Assembly (NCBI RefSeq): GCF_000143415.4 | Contig: NW_003314265.1 | Span: 1,632,446 to 1,696,445, forward strand | DNA length: 64,000 bases | Origin: Selaginella moellendorffii | Lineage: Eukaryota > Plantae > Lycopodiophyta | Reading direction: 5' to 3' | In this document: in pieces, positions 10,211 to 23,189 of the stretch | How positions within the stretch are numbered: position 1 is the stretch's first letter | Layout: every line of letters begins with the position of its first letter | The notes under the pieces: generated by a model | The model's database searches: none | What the model was told of the DNA's origin: nothing | Seen by the model: the letters and a program-made list of their open reading frames with translations, nothing else | Position numbers and translations under genes: made by a program

Positions 10211-12418
10211 TGATTTTCTTGCGGCACGGCTTTGCATGCAGTCTGCAATAACACGTCCATCCATGGGAGACGTCAGCTCTTATAGATTATCTCCCGGTTT
10301 TGATAAAATACTTCTCCTGAATCTCTCGACTCACTTTGATGCGGACGACGAATTCGCGTTAAGTTTCCACACATGAGCAGGGACAAGGCTCTGGCTTTCA
10401 ATTTTATCACGAGCCGGATCTCATATGATATCAGATTTTTGTTATGGGTTTTTGATGCAAAGTAACATGTAGCATTAGGGACATCTGACATCCTCTGCAT
10501 GAAAACACGAGAACGGATTCTTGGATGATCCAGAGGCCTTCGGTAATCACAGTGCTGGTCAGTCGAGTGTGGAGAGGATGTCGGTGGCGCGTCATGTCAC
10601 GTTCGATTGCCTGGATTTTCATCCGATTTGCTTCAGTTCACAACGTTCCCTCACCACGCACAGAATCGTCAAAGCTCTCCAGGCCTGTCCATGCCAGGCG
10701 AGCCGTTTTCGTAGACCTCCAAAGCATCCTTCTTACCGGCGTCCTCGAGGTCTTGCACCCGTCAGTGTGAGAGCTTCCTCTCAACTGTCCAAGGCTCACA
10801 ACTTAATGAACTTGAGCCTCGGAAACGTCCTGTACAACAATTTGTGATGCCGAGCAGCAGTGTTTCCCCCACAGGACACTTCTGTAAAGCAAGAGCGGCT
10901 CCAGAGTGATCCTTCTTACATGGAGCTCCTCCTATTGCACTCACAAGTAGGATCTAGTTGAGTTTTTCATGGAAGGCTAAATATGGTTTTAAGCACTAAA
11001 ACAAACAAGATATGTGCATTTCCTTATTGGTTTTGGAAGAATATTTTACCCTTAAAATTGGATATTCTTGGTGTGAAAACATATATTCCCATGTGAAATC
11101 AAATATTCTCCAGGTGAAGATGCATATTCTGCACATGAAATCAAATATTCTTAAAGGATATTCTCCAGAATCTAGTGGTACCTAGCCATGTAAATGGCCC
11201 CTTAGATGACCATCCATAACCATTTATCTATACCCATTCATCATCTTTGAAATTTTGTGACTAAAAGCTTAGAATTTTTAAAATTCATTGACTTGCTTGT
11301 TATATTATATAGGCATAATTTAGCAATAAAAACACCATAGCTCCCTTTTAATTTCAAATAATAGAAACATTTTTGCATTGTTGTAGCTCAACAAAGGGTG
11401 GGGAGCTCAAAGATAGCTATGTAAAATGACACAAACCACAGAAATATTTTAAAACTATTCTAAAGTTTGTGGGATTTAAAGCTAGAATGCCTATAGCATT
11501 TGATGCTCATTGTAGAGCAATGTATGAAATTCATGGAATTCTATTGTTTTTTAATTATTTGAGATTTCAAAGTGCTTCAATACATAGTTGTTATTATTTG
11601 CAAAAAGGAACCAAAATTTCCTACTATATGCAGCGCTTAGAGGAAAGACAATAGGAATTTATTAAGAGTTAGTTGAGAGTTTATTTGTTTGTTAGGAATT
11701 TATTTTTAGAAAGTCATATAATCTTAGACATAATATACATTCATTTTTTGTAAGCTGATGAATTTAAACTTTCTAAGAGGTCATCTAACCTAGTAATACT
11801 CAAACTTAACAAAACCCTTAACTAATTGAAAATGAGGGTGCACTTTTATTCATGGGCATATTCTCTTTATATTTGAACTTTTATGAATTGTTTCTTGAAT
11901 TTTTTTTTTTTGTAAATTACACCCTTCTATGTTTCACTCACTAGTTCACCTAATATATAAAAAACTCAACCCAATGTTATAGCTAAAGTTAAAGGTGAAG
12001 TAAAGGAAAATTATGTCACAACTAAGGATGATATTAAGGTGTTTGAGGAGTTTGAGGGGCTTGGTTTCAGTCTTATTGACAATAACTTCATAGGCATCAA
12101 TTTCCAAATTCACCATTTACACTCATTATTTCAACAAACCTTTCCCAATTGTGACTAGTTTCTTCAAATTCTCCATACTTGTGAGCATACGTTTGGAGCT
12201 TTAAAAGTTTATTTATTTGGAGAGGGATACTTGCTAAACTATCTTTTGGAGAACTTTAGAAATGTGTTATTGGGCACAAATAGTAATTAATGATGCTCAC
12301 TAAAGGCATTTGGAAGAATATATAGAATATTTTAAATATTTAAATATTTTATTTTTGATAAATTTTTACTTCTAGAAAACTATAGATTTAATATAATAAA
12401 TATATTTGATAACACCAT

Positions 12419-12578
12419 TGTAGCACATGTGATCATGAGATGATATTTACATATATTATCACTATAGATCTTTGGAAGATTGGGGGATAAATGAGGATAA
12501 AATAACCACTAAAGGCTTTTTTATCAAACAATTGTCTTTTTCTTAATTGGCTTAAGGGGAAAAATAAGGTGCATTATA
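12419..12578 (+). mobile_element. Degenerate LTR of the TRIM family (further decayed copies at ~30915-31072 and ~52177-52327)
   Basis: tgtagcacatgtgatcatg...ggggataaatgaggataaaat...aaggtgcattata aligns with the 162-bp TRIM LTR. Confidence 0.7.
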
Positions 12579-12725
12579 TATAGCAAATGATATGAGTTTG
12601 ATTTTTATTGATTAATGGCTATTTAAAATATAATATATTCTTAAGTAAGGTATATCTTACTCCTAAAATTGAAATCATACATATAGGGCATTTATAAGTA
12701 CGTCCTTCATTTTGTAGGGCATATA

Positions 12726-15076
12726 TGTCGCAAATGTGACTACGGGTATCAAAAATTATTTGTTAACTAATCATTTCAGATATTCTTTCCCTACCGCCAT
12801 GACGGCAAAATGTTAGTATTGTTAAACCCTTTATCAATTCTTCTTGTGCTAGTGGAGTTAATTGGGCATTTCAAGTGTACTTAGACCAAATGAGCATAAG
12901 GACAGAATTCCTACGTGTTATTAGCTAAGCATACTTAGCCCAGTAAGGAGTTCCCGTCTCGTTACGACTTGCACTGGCTAATGACACGAACCCTCATGTA
13001 TTAAAACTAGTCTCTCAATATTGTTGAATGATAACTTATTGTGTCTACCAAACACCCTCGCTATCATGCCCTTTGTGTTAATTTCATTCCGATCCTAAAT
13101 GCTATTTATGGAAAGTGTCTGGATTTGTTCATTTGGCATATTTACAGAATGTGGAGATTGTCTTAAACACAATGGTGTTCATTCCATATCCAAATTCGCA
13201 ATCTATGAACATTTTATATTTAGTAAGTTTCGAGCTTGTCCCAGAGACTAACTCCTGGTACTAAAGGAGGCTTAAGGTGAAAGCCTAAAGCATGCATTCC
13301 TTAGGGGGGTAGGGGGAAGGGAGGGTTATAGGGGGTTCTAAATGTACAATAGAGATAGTGGGTAGGTCGGGCATGGCTGACTAACCTGAGGCATAGTTTA
13401 GCTTTTGCTTGCATGCCTATTTTTGTTCTACGTTTGGCTTGGGTCTAAGTCTAAATTTCATACCATATTAGTTGGTGGAGTACCTATATCCCCACATTAG
13501 GCCATCAGTATGCTAAAATAGTGCTAAACTCCGTTTAGCTATATTTTGCATGCTGGTCCTAATATTAGGATGTTAAATGCTTTAAGACTATTCCAAGTCA
13601 CTCCGTACTCCTGTCCTTTCACTTCTTAGACTGTACACTTGAGAGTTGTTTCGTGCTCCAGTGTCATTGTTCCTTGGCTCCATGCTTAGGAGTTTGGCTT
13701 CGTTTTATTGTTTAGTGGCCCAAGGTCTTGAAACTCGGGTTTCACACTACTGACCTTTGGATACATGGCATATGGCATGTGGCATGTGACACATGGCACA
13801 TGGAGGGTTTATGTTGCGTTTCATGGTTATCCTATGGTAAATCATCATAGGATAAAGGGTAAAAACCACATGTGTTACATTTGGTATCAGAGAATATGTC
13901 TCAATGACTACTATCCAATAAAATTGGGCAACTAGTCTTGTTGCATACGCAGAGATGAAAACGATGATCTGAGTGGGTACATATTTGGGTGCTAAGACTT
14001 CGCATTTGTTCTTTGGGTATGGATTTAGTTTCTTTTTTGTACCGTAATAATGTGAGCTTGCTCTTGGGCTCATAAGAGGGATTGAGTTGTATTGTTTTGC
14101 ACAAGTTTGCACTTGGGCTCATGAGTGAGGCACATTAGCAATTCAAGGTTACACTTTGAGTTGGCAAGATTAATGTTAACTTATCGGTGGTTCAATGAGT
14201 TGTTCCTTGTACCATGGGTGAAAGTAAACCTCCACTAGATTTGCTAAGAGTGGCAAATAGGTTGGTCCATAGCTGTTTAACACGGTACTAGTGGATCCTT
14301 CTTAGGTATGATTATAAGTGGATCAATCAAGACTATAGGGATTAGTCTATTGGTTCAAGTAGTCATTGCCGCGCTCTCTCATAAACTTTTCTTGGATAGG
14401 ACTAAAGGCAGTGCGAAAACAAGTTTAAGGTTTAATCAAAGATGAGATTGAAAAGAGAGTATCAGGGTAAAGGATCAAACACATAGATCATCTTTTCTTC
14501 TTGGAGAGATGATTCACAACAAGGTGTGACTCATTGCCCATGTTCACATTATGTAATCAATAATTCTTATCTTTATGCATGTTGGAAATAATGGTTTTAC
14601 AAGTGGTGAGTCATGGGATGGATAGTAGTGAAACACTAAACCATTCTGTCTAAGCTTGCTATTGAAGACTTGGGTTGCAATGCTCAATTCTTTTTTTGGG
14701 GAACCTTGTTATTGCTTCTTGAGTAGTTTGGTGTTGGAATACTTTTGAGTTTAGTCAGAAAGAGAGTGGCATGAGCTTATTCGTGTTGTGAACAAAATTT
14801 AATGGTGTTGGGTGTTGTAAATCTTCATCGGTCGAGTGTGGCATTTATGTTACATTTTGTCAAATCGAGTTGACACTTGATATTCACATAAATAATGACA
14901 TGAGCATTGCTCGTGATGTTGCTCAATTGATGATCAAGTTATTGTGATTTTCATATCATATCCATATGATAGTGAGTAATGTGTTTACAAAATTGTTTGA
15001 TTAAATGATGATCAACCCCAAAGTGGTTGATAGTGAGCTAGTCTATTTGCACGTAGTAGCATTATAGTAACTTTGT
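12726..15076 (+). mobile_element. Truncated Ty3/Gypsy element: ~1.15-kb 5' LTR (12726-13879), PBS, decayed gag/protease
   Basis: TGTCGCAAATGTGAC...TACA LTR homologous to 47858-49013; TGGTATCAGAG (tRNA-iMet PBS) at 13882. Confidence 0.8.
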
Positions 15077-16060
15077 GTAAGTGACTAAAATTTTTATTCT
15101 ACTTTAGTCACTTAACCACACCTCCGACCACTTGGAAGTCTCACTCACCACCTCTATAATTCCTATCCCAGACTTGGGGACTTGCTAGCCCCAAGAATAT
15201 CATCCATGCCACTCAACCATTGCACTTGGTTCAAGTGCTTCACATGTCCAATCCCATGACTGACATCTAAAGGTACCACTAACATATTAGTTTGTTACGC
15301 TAAGGCTATGCCCATTCACCTTTGTCACATCGGTGATCCAACACCACCTACATCCCAGTCTCGTTTCTCAAAGACTGGGCCATCCATCCATGAGTGATCT
15401 TCCTAAATCCACTTCTTAGCATCTTTAGGATGCTCATAGACATAGAGAATAACCTTCCCCAATATCCCTTTTTCAATCCCCACCAAGTCCCTTTCTATTC
15501 TTGGCCGTGTTCTCCAACACTACTATTGGGTCAAGGCCTATAGGCTCGACCACTAAGTCCCACTGTCTTCTGAGACATCCTTATTATGTGATTATATCTT
15601 TGGTCACTACACTAGAAGACTACTCCTTTTCCTTTCCACAGTTCGGGACTTTAGGACAACATTTCGGAACACTGTGGCACTACACGAGCCTCATAGGTAC
15701 TCTCCCCACCTTCCAACTTTTGGGTGCTCTAGCCATGGGCTTCAATGAGCCACACTAAGTATCTAAGTAGGTAGTGCCACCCATGCTTGGATTAAAAGTA
15801 TTGACCATTCGATTTCCCGAGGCAGCTAGAGCCGGCTCTTGAACTCTTCACCAAGCTATCCTGTTTGTCTATCCATATTCACTCTAGTTTTGGACTCCTC
15901 AATGGTTTTATCATCACCCAACACGTGGGTATAGCCTTCCTTAGTCACATTGGCCTTTCCTGGCCAAACTGGTTCCACTGGGGTCCTCCCCTTACTATAC
16001 TTTTGGAGCTCACCAAACCCCCTAGGGTCTGGGAGATGAACGCTTTGGGCTTTCACCTTC

Positions 16061-16472
16061 AGACTCAGACTTGGACGTGAACTCAGACTCGGATTTGAAC
16101 TCAGACTCGGTCTCGAACTCAGTCTCGGTCTTGGTCTCAGACTTGATCTTGATCTCAGTCTCGGTCTTAGTCTTGGTCTCGGTCTCGGTCTCGGCCTTGT
16201 CCTCGGACTCCATCTCGGACTCCATCTCAGGTCCATCTTGGACTCCATCTCAAGTCCATCTTGGACTCCATCTCTAGTCCATCTCGAACTCCATCTCGGG
16301 CATCTTAGACTCCATCTTGGACTCCATCTCGAGTCCATCTTAGACTTCATCTTGGACTCCATCTCGGGTTCATCTCGAACTCCATCCCAGACTTCATCTC
16401 AAACTCTATCTCGGGTCCATCTCGGACTCTATTTCGGACTCCATCTCGGATTCCATCTCAGGTCCATCTTGA
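16061..16472. repeat. Degenerate short tandem array (GGTCTC and GGACTCCATCTC-type units)
   Basis: 6-bp and 12-bp periodicity; produces spurious RPRPRP/MESE/RWSP ORFs. Confidence 0.85.
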
Positions 16473-18274
16473 CACTTCCACATGTCATGTGTTGGTCCTT
16501 TTATGTCCTTTTTTTAGACTCACTTATTACTCACTTTGAACTTGTTTCTCGAGCCCTTCTTTGGGGAGTTCCACTCCCGCTTTTGACTTTTCAAGTTAGT
16601 GCTTTTAGTTCAAATGTGTTACACTCATTTGGCTTCTGCTTCAGCCACTACCACATAACACCCTTTTGGCTCCACTTTTGGGGCTCTGGGATTTGTGTTT
16701 CACAACTCCACCACCCATAAACGAAGTTTAATATCCTCATCGAATAATAAACCATTTTATAAAGTAACCCCATCATGGATTACCATTTTTCATCCTTGGG
16801 ACCTAGCCAATATTCATTAATCGTTTGACACCAAAGGCTCACCATGCTTTGCCTATCCTCTAAGGAGAATAGTCTCTTCAACTTAGAGATTCATTAGACC
16901 ATTTGTGGTGGTTCTCTCCCTTTATTTGATTTAAACCCATTAGAGACATTATCTTTATCTCCATCTCACTACTCATTCTCGAGTAGTCTCAACTTTTATC
17001 AACATAGCCATTGTATTTTGGAACTTTTATTTTGACTTCTCAAGTTAGTTTCTTGAGTGTTTCTGACATCTTGCATTGCATGTATTGTGCAATCTCTACT
17101 TTCCTATCGTAGGAAGTTTTCTATTTGAGGGCACCATCATCCTCTCTTCTATTTCGTGCCACATTTGACATTAAGTTTCAATTATCATAATTTATACTAG
17201 GGCTGTCTATAGCCTTATCATTTAGCTACTTTGTTACTCCCTCCCTTGGAGCTTCTACTTGTGCCAAATTGGAGTATTAGAAATCCATCTTTGGAAATAT
17301 ATACCTTTCTCACAATTTATTAGCATCCAACACTTTAGTGTTTCATGCCTAACTTGCTATTTAGATCCCTTTTAATGAATCTCATAGCACTTTTTTGGTT
17401 ATTAGTTTTTTACTCCTATCCTTTGATTGTTGCACCAAACAACATAAGATCACTACCTCCATCCTCAAGGTATCCTTTCTATTCCATAGCAAAGACTTTG
17501 TTTTTGACAAGTCTAGAGGGTGTTCCTTTTAGTAAGTTTCTTTAGCATTTTTGCTATAGGCTCTATCCATGGCCTAACTTTGTGACCCTCCCATAAGTCT
17601 TTCTTAGAAACTACTTTCTTGGACTCACCATATTATCACATCGACACCACTCATTTCCATTAGATGTCCTTTTCACTTGGTCGCCTTGACCAAGTCACCC
17701 TCTTACTAATAGTTCAAATTAACACTTTGAACTAGGAATCTTATTCTTTAACCCAAATAAGAACCTTGTCTTTGTTTAGCCACAAAATCATGTAGTGATA
17801 TTATCTTGATACCTTAACAGGTTTGCTAATAGAAACTAAGTCTTCTAAACCTTTTAACTTGTTAACTATGAGCCCAGGGGCATCCCCCACACTTGGTGGT
17901 GCGCACAAACTAGCCCTTCTGGCCAAGAATCCATAACAACTGAGACTGATCTCATTCACCATGACCTTGGTGCTAATTGCATCAAAGTGTTCAAGGTAGA
18001 TATGCCAAGCTTTCACACTAGGCAATCTAATCGTGTATTAAGACTCCGAGGCATCCCTCGCTTGACGGTTACTCAAATCAATATCCTCATATTCCAAACC
18101 ATCACCATGCCTTAGTGATTTGAGACTCGAACCCAAGCACTAGAGGGTTGGGACTCGAACTCAACCTCCGTATATGCATCTACAAACAACATCACCCAGG
18201 ATGCTTAACATGGGGGGTCAATTGCACCAATTTATACCTAAAACGCACTATAAATCATAGTTTAGGAACCTAGT

Positions 18275-19139
18275 TGTAGCGCACCTTATCTCTCTCCCCT
18301 TAAGCCAACTGGAAAAGGGGCAATTGTTTGATGAGAGAGCCCTTAGTGGCTATTTTATCCCCATTTATCCCCCAAGGTTCCAAAGATCCACGGTGACAAT
18401 ATATCCAAATCTCATCCCATGATCACATGCGTTACACTCACCCCCCCTTCAGAGATGTCAATGTCCTCATTGACTATTGACTAACAACCCCTACTGAGCC
18501 AAGGGGAACCAACACCTCCATTTCCGCACTGAATCTACCAATCCTTCCATTGTGTAGACTAGCTATTCCATGTGAGGCAACTAGTCATCCACCCGTACCG
18601 CAGTCCCACGGTGGATACCTTCGTCTGGGATGCTCCACAAGAGGAAGGACGTACGCATGGGCATCATGTGAGGCAACTAGTCATCCACCCGTACCGCAGT
18701 CCCACGGTGGATACCTTCGTCTGGGATGCTCCACAAGAGGAAGGACATACGCATGGGCATCATGTGAGGCAACTAGTCATCCACCCGTACCGCAGTCCCA
18801 CGGTGGATACCTTCGTCTGGGATGCTCCACAAGAGGAAGGACGTACGCATGGATGCCCAATATGTACGATTTTTCTAATTTAGGGGTAGGAATATACCTT
18901 GCTCAAGGGTATATTATATTTTTAAGTAGCCACTAATCAATGGGAATCGAACCCGTGCCATTTGCTCTGATACCAACTGTAACGCACCTTATCTCTCTCC
19001 CCTTAAGCCAACTGGAAAAGGGGCAATTGCTTGATGAGAGAGCCCTTAGTGGCTATTTTATCCCCATTTATCCCCTAAGGTTCCAAGGATCCACGGTGAC
19101 AGTATATCCAAATCTCATCCCATGATCACATGCGCTACA
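18275..19139 (-). mobile_element. Intact TRIM (non-autonomous LTR element, 865 bp)
   Basis: 162-bp TG..CA LTRs at 18275-18436 and 18978-19139; perfect CTAGT TSD; PBS TGGTATCAGAGC (rc 18964-18975); PPT GAAGGGGGGGTGAG (rc 18437-18450); no coding domain. Confidence 0.95.
18569..18852. repeat. 96-bp tandem repeat x3 inside the TRIM
   Basis: Units start at 18569, 18665 and 18761 and are nearly identical. Confidence 0.95.
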
Positions 19140-22100
19140 CTAGTTCCTCCAAACTACCAAGTCTTTTCACTTGACAAGTCTGTGATTATGCATGGACTCC
19201 TCTAGGCTTGGCTTCATAACCACCCTTTTTTGAAGTCAATAGCTTCAACTATTTTTTGTTTCCCTCGACTTGCCAATCTCGCTTAGCAAGTTATAATTAG
19301 TGTAACATAGTTTTCTGTATAAGCGTGAAAGTCCTTAATCATTAACTTTTGTTCAAAACTATATCTTTGAACACTTAAAGACTATTTCCCCAACCTTGAT
19401 AGCCTCACATCATTGTAAGTTTCAAGACCATGCTTCTGCTGCATTACTTTAATTTTGTGCATTTTATAAACCATTTATATTTTTTGTTTTAGATACTAAT
19501 CTACCTAGAATTGTCTTTAGAAACCATGAAGGGACTCTATCCTTTAGCTTGCTAAGACTTCTCTCTTTATAAGACCTCTCTCTTTTGCAAGTTTTATAAT
19601 TGCTATATGGTCTAACATGGACAATTCTATACTTTAGACTCTTCATGGCCTAACAATTGTTAATAACAATATGTTCGAGTACCTATTTGATTTTCCACTC
19701 CCGACTTGCATAATCACCTTTAGTTATGCATTTTGATTTCTATGATTCAATTTTATCCCTTTATTACTTGCTTTTTGGCTTTATACCTTCTCTTTAGGTA
19801 TTCTCCTCCCATCCAAGAGGGTAGTTTTGCACTTACTACCATGCCTTAGCAACTATTCTTAGAGATAAACCTACTCAATAACTTAGAGAGTGGTTTTTCA
19901 ATCTGGATGTGTTCACCGTATAATCCCACACATCAGAATTAATGTCGCTACGTAGGGGCCTCTTTACACTCATTGCAATCCATGCTAAAATCCCTTTTTG
20001 GCTTTATCCAATTCGGATAGACAAACTTCTCCCGTCTTTGTAACGTTGGATGTTGGATAGCACTTTTTATCCATTATTCACTACAGGCTTAATCCCTTGG
20101 GCTTTATCTAACATCCTCATGATTCCAAACACCACTCTCTGATGTTTTAGAGTGTTTTAGTGTCTCAATTATGATCTTCTTTAACAATGAGCATTTCCCT
20201 TTATAACATTGATCTGCCAACTTGACCTCAAGGTATCACACCTTAGCACATTTGGTGTCTCCACACCATTAGCTCCACGAACCTACCTTTACGACATTTC
20301 CCACTTATGTTTAGATCTTTGTTAGATCAACATAGTTGTTTCTCATGCCAACTATCAGTTAGCACCACACCATAGTGTTCACACACAACTCTAAGTCAAA
20401 GTTGTTTTCTTCTAGGAACACCACTTTCTACGACTTTAGTATAGCATCTTATGCCATCAATGAAATACACACTGTTCTCATACTTGGATCTTATGATCCT
20501 CCCCATCCTTCGTGGGGTATAACATACCTCAGTCCAAATGTTTCTACTAATCTCTTAGAACCATTCCTTGACTCCATTTGAGTCATCTAGCTTTTTGGAC
20601 TTTGCTAATCCGACAATCTATAAGGTCCTAGCCTCCTGGCTACTTTTTAGGTGTTAGCTCATTAGAATACATTTTCTTGTATTCATGTCCTACTCACAAG
20701 GACCATCTTTGCAAGTGTTATTCCGACACTTGATTATTTTCCATTCCATATGGGCTACCTTTGCCCCTTAGGACTATCTGTCCATATGATGAGAATATCA
20801 ACTCATCCTCTAAGTACACCGCCAGTCCTTGGGTTTTTTCTAGCATTTATAAAAGGTAGTCTCAATTACCATTTCAAAAACTTATGTCCTCATTCATATT
20901 TGACCTCTTATGGTCATTAATTCTAGTCTAAAATTTATAAGCACTAACCTTAATTATATAAGGATAATTTTGTGACTCCTTTATTATTTTGGAGTCTTCA
21001 TCTTTTTTGTGATCCCAAATATAGTTTTTTACCACAACTACACTAGCCAATTTATTACTTCAAATGCTCATCTGGATCACATCCTTAACTCTCTAAGGAA
21101 AACCTTATATTGTTCCCAAGATCCTAGGCATTCCCAAATTGACCCCTTTTTTATCCACCACATTGCCAACATGTTCATTTATAAATTAAGGTGGAGAGTT
21201 ATGCCCTTTCGACATACTACTTCTCAAGGATAGGCCCACTCTTGGGACTTTCTAATGCCAAGACAAGTGATGATATACTTGACCACCAACAAAAGTTAGA
21301 CTAAAGAATAACTCTAATACCAAATTATAAGTGACTAAATTTTTCATTCTACTTTAGTCACTTAATTACACCTCTGACCACTTGAAGGAGTTTCACTCAC
21401 TACCTCCATAAGTCTTATTCCAGACTTGGGGACTTGCTCACCCCGAGAATGGCATCCATGCCACTCAACCATTGCACTTGGTCCAAGTGCTCCATATGTC
21501 CCATCTCATGAGGTATTACCAACATACCAACCTATTACACTAAGGATATGCCCATTCACTTTTGTCACATCAGTGATCCAACACCACCTACATTCCAATC
21601 TCGTTTTTTAAAGACTAGGCCATTTGTCTATGAGTGATCATCTTAAATCCACTCATTAGCATCCTTAGGATGCTTGCAGACATAAGGAACAACCTTCTCT
21701 AATATCCTTTTTTTGGTGCCCACCATATCTTTTTCTGTCCTTGGCCGTGTTTTCCAACACTGCCACTAGGTCAAGGCCCACAAGCCTAACTACTAAGTCC
21801 CACTGTCCTCTAGGACATCCTCACAATATAACTGTATCTTTGGTCACTACACCAGAAGATTGCTCCTTTTCCTTTCCACAGTTCTGGACTTTGGGATAAC
21901 ATTTTAGAATACCGTGGCCCTACACGAGCCTCATGGGTACTTTCCCCACTTTCCACCTTTGGGTGCTCTAGCCATGGGCTTAGAGTGAGGTTCCGATGAG
22001 CCACACTCAGTATCTAAGTAGGTAGTGCCACTCACACTTGGATTAGGAGTATTGACCATTCGATTTCCCAAGGCAACTAGAGCCGACTCTTAAACACTTC

Positions 22101-22309
22101 ACCAAGCTACCCCGCTTGTTTGTCCATATTCACTTTAGTTTTAAACTCTTTAGTGGTTTTATCATCACCCAACACATAGGTATAGCCTTCTTTGGTCACA
22201 TTGGCCTTTCCTAGCCAAATTGGCTCTATTAAGGTCCTCCCCTTAATATACTTTTAGAGCTCACCAAACCCCCCAAGGTTTAGAAGACAAACACTTTGGA
22301 CTTTCACCT

Positions 22310-22880
22310 TTAGGCCACATACAAGTGGGACAATAATAATGTTATAATTCCATCATCCACCTATAAAGTATAAAGTGGATAACTTGGTGTTAGTTTGTTT
22401 TCCCAATCTTATGATATATTGTTTATCTAAAGGGCTCTTTACTTAGTGGAAGGGATTGTATTGGGTGTTGTAGCAACTTAGGCGAGTTTAACATGACATT
22501 TAATAGGTTGATCCTCTAATAATTGTGCATATGTAATGGATGAAACACTTTATATAAAGGGATTATGAGAATTGACACCATTTACAAATCCTTCAATACC
22601 TCCTCCTTATATTCCTCCAAATCTCAACCATCAATCAAAGAACCTTAATTGCCTTCTAACTTTTCAAGAGGAGGGGATAATATGAAGTTTAGATATACGA
22701 CTATGATGCTATATACTATTGTTAGTGTAATGGAATTCTAATAGCTATTTGGAAGATAGAAATGTATATATTAATTAGCCTAAAAGTTCTAACTTATATA
22801 CAAGAGCGAATGGTCTAGATTGAAACCAATCTAATAACTATTATTAATATATGGCATTATAGCTGTACACTTGAACCTCA
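22310..22880 (+). mobile_element. 3' remnant (3' internal, PPT, short LTR) of the same family as 31412-34642
   Basis: tacaagtgggacaa... matches ~34076 onward; purine tract gaggagggga followed by LTR-like sequence. Confidence 0.6.
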
Positions 22881-23189
22881 TATATATATATATTCTTCTA
22901 CCTTCCATTAAGAAGAACTTTTGTCTTGTTGAGTTTCTATCACCTGTGTTAGAGCTTCAAATCACTCCAAATTACTGGGTATTTAGCCTTATTGTTCATT
23001 AAAGAAATTTATTTAGATAGAAACACGTGGAATGTTGGCTCTTTTGGGACATATAACCACTATGTGACAACTTATTATAGTTCTAAATATTACTATAAAT
23101 TAAAGATATTATTTATGTCATTATTTACTAAATTATTGCAGCATTTAAGTGGTAATCTAATATAATTTTGAATAAAACTAAATCAAATA

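Larger units (their letters stand above)
15077..22319 (-). mobile_element. Decayed Ty3/Gypsy element with ~1-kb LTRs (15077-~16060 and 21326-~22319)
   Basis: Two long direct repeats; degenerate PBS (ctctaatacca) next to 21326; stop-riddled pol relics; hosts the TRIM insertion. Confidence 0.75.

Noticed and set aside
15856-16720. RP/SE-rich ORFs
   Set aside because: Translations of a tandem repeat array within a retroelement
18569-18852. CRISPR-like array or repeat protein
   Set aside because: Head-to-tail identical units with no unique spacers, inside a plant TRIM; the ORFs are incidental to the 96-bp period
18275-19139. Cassandra element or hammerhead retrozyme
   Set aside because: No 5S rRNA similarity; TTGATGAG in the LTR is not followed by a GAAA core with matching stems
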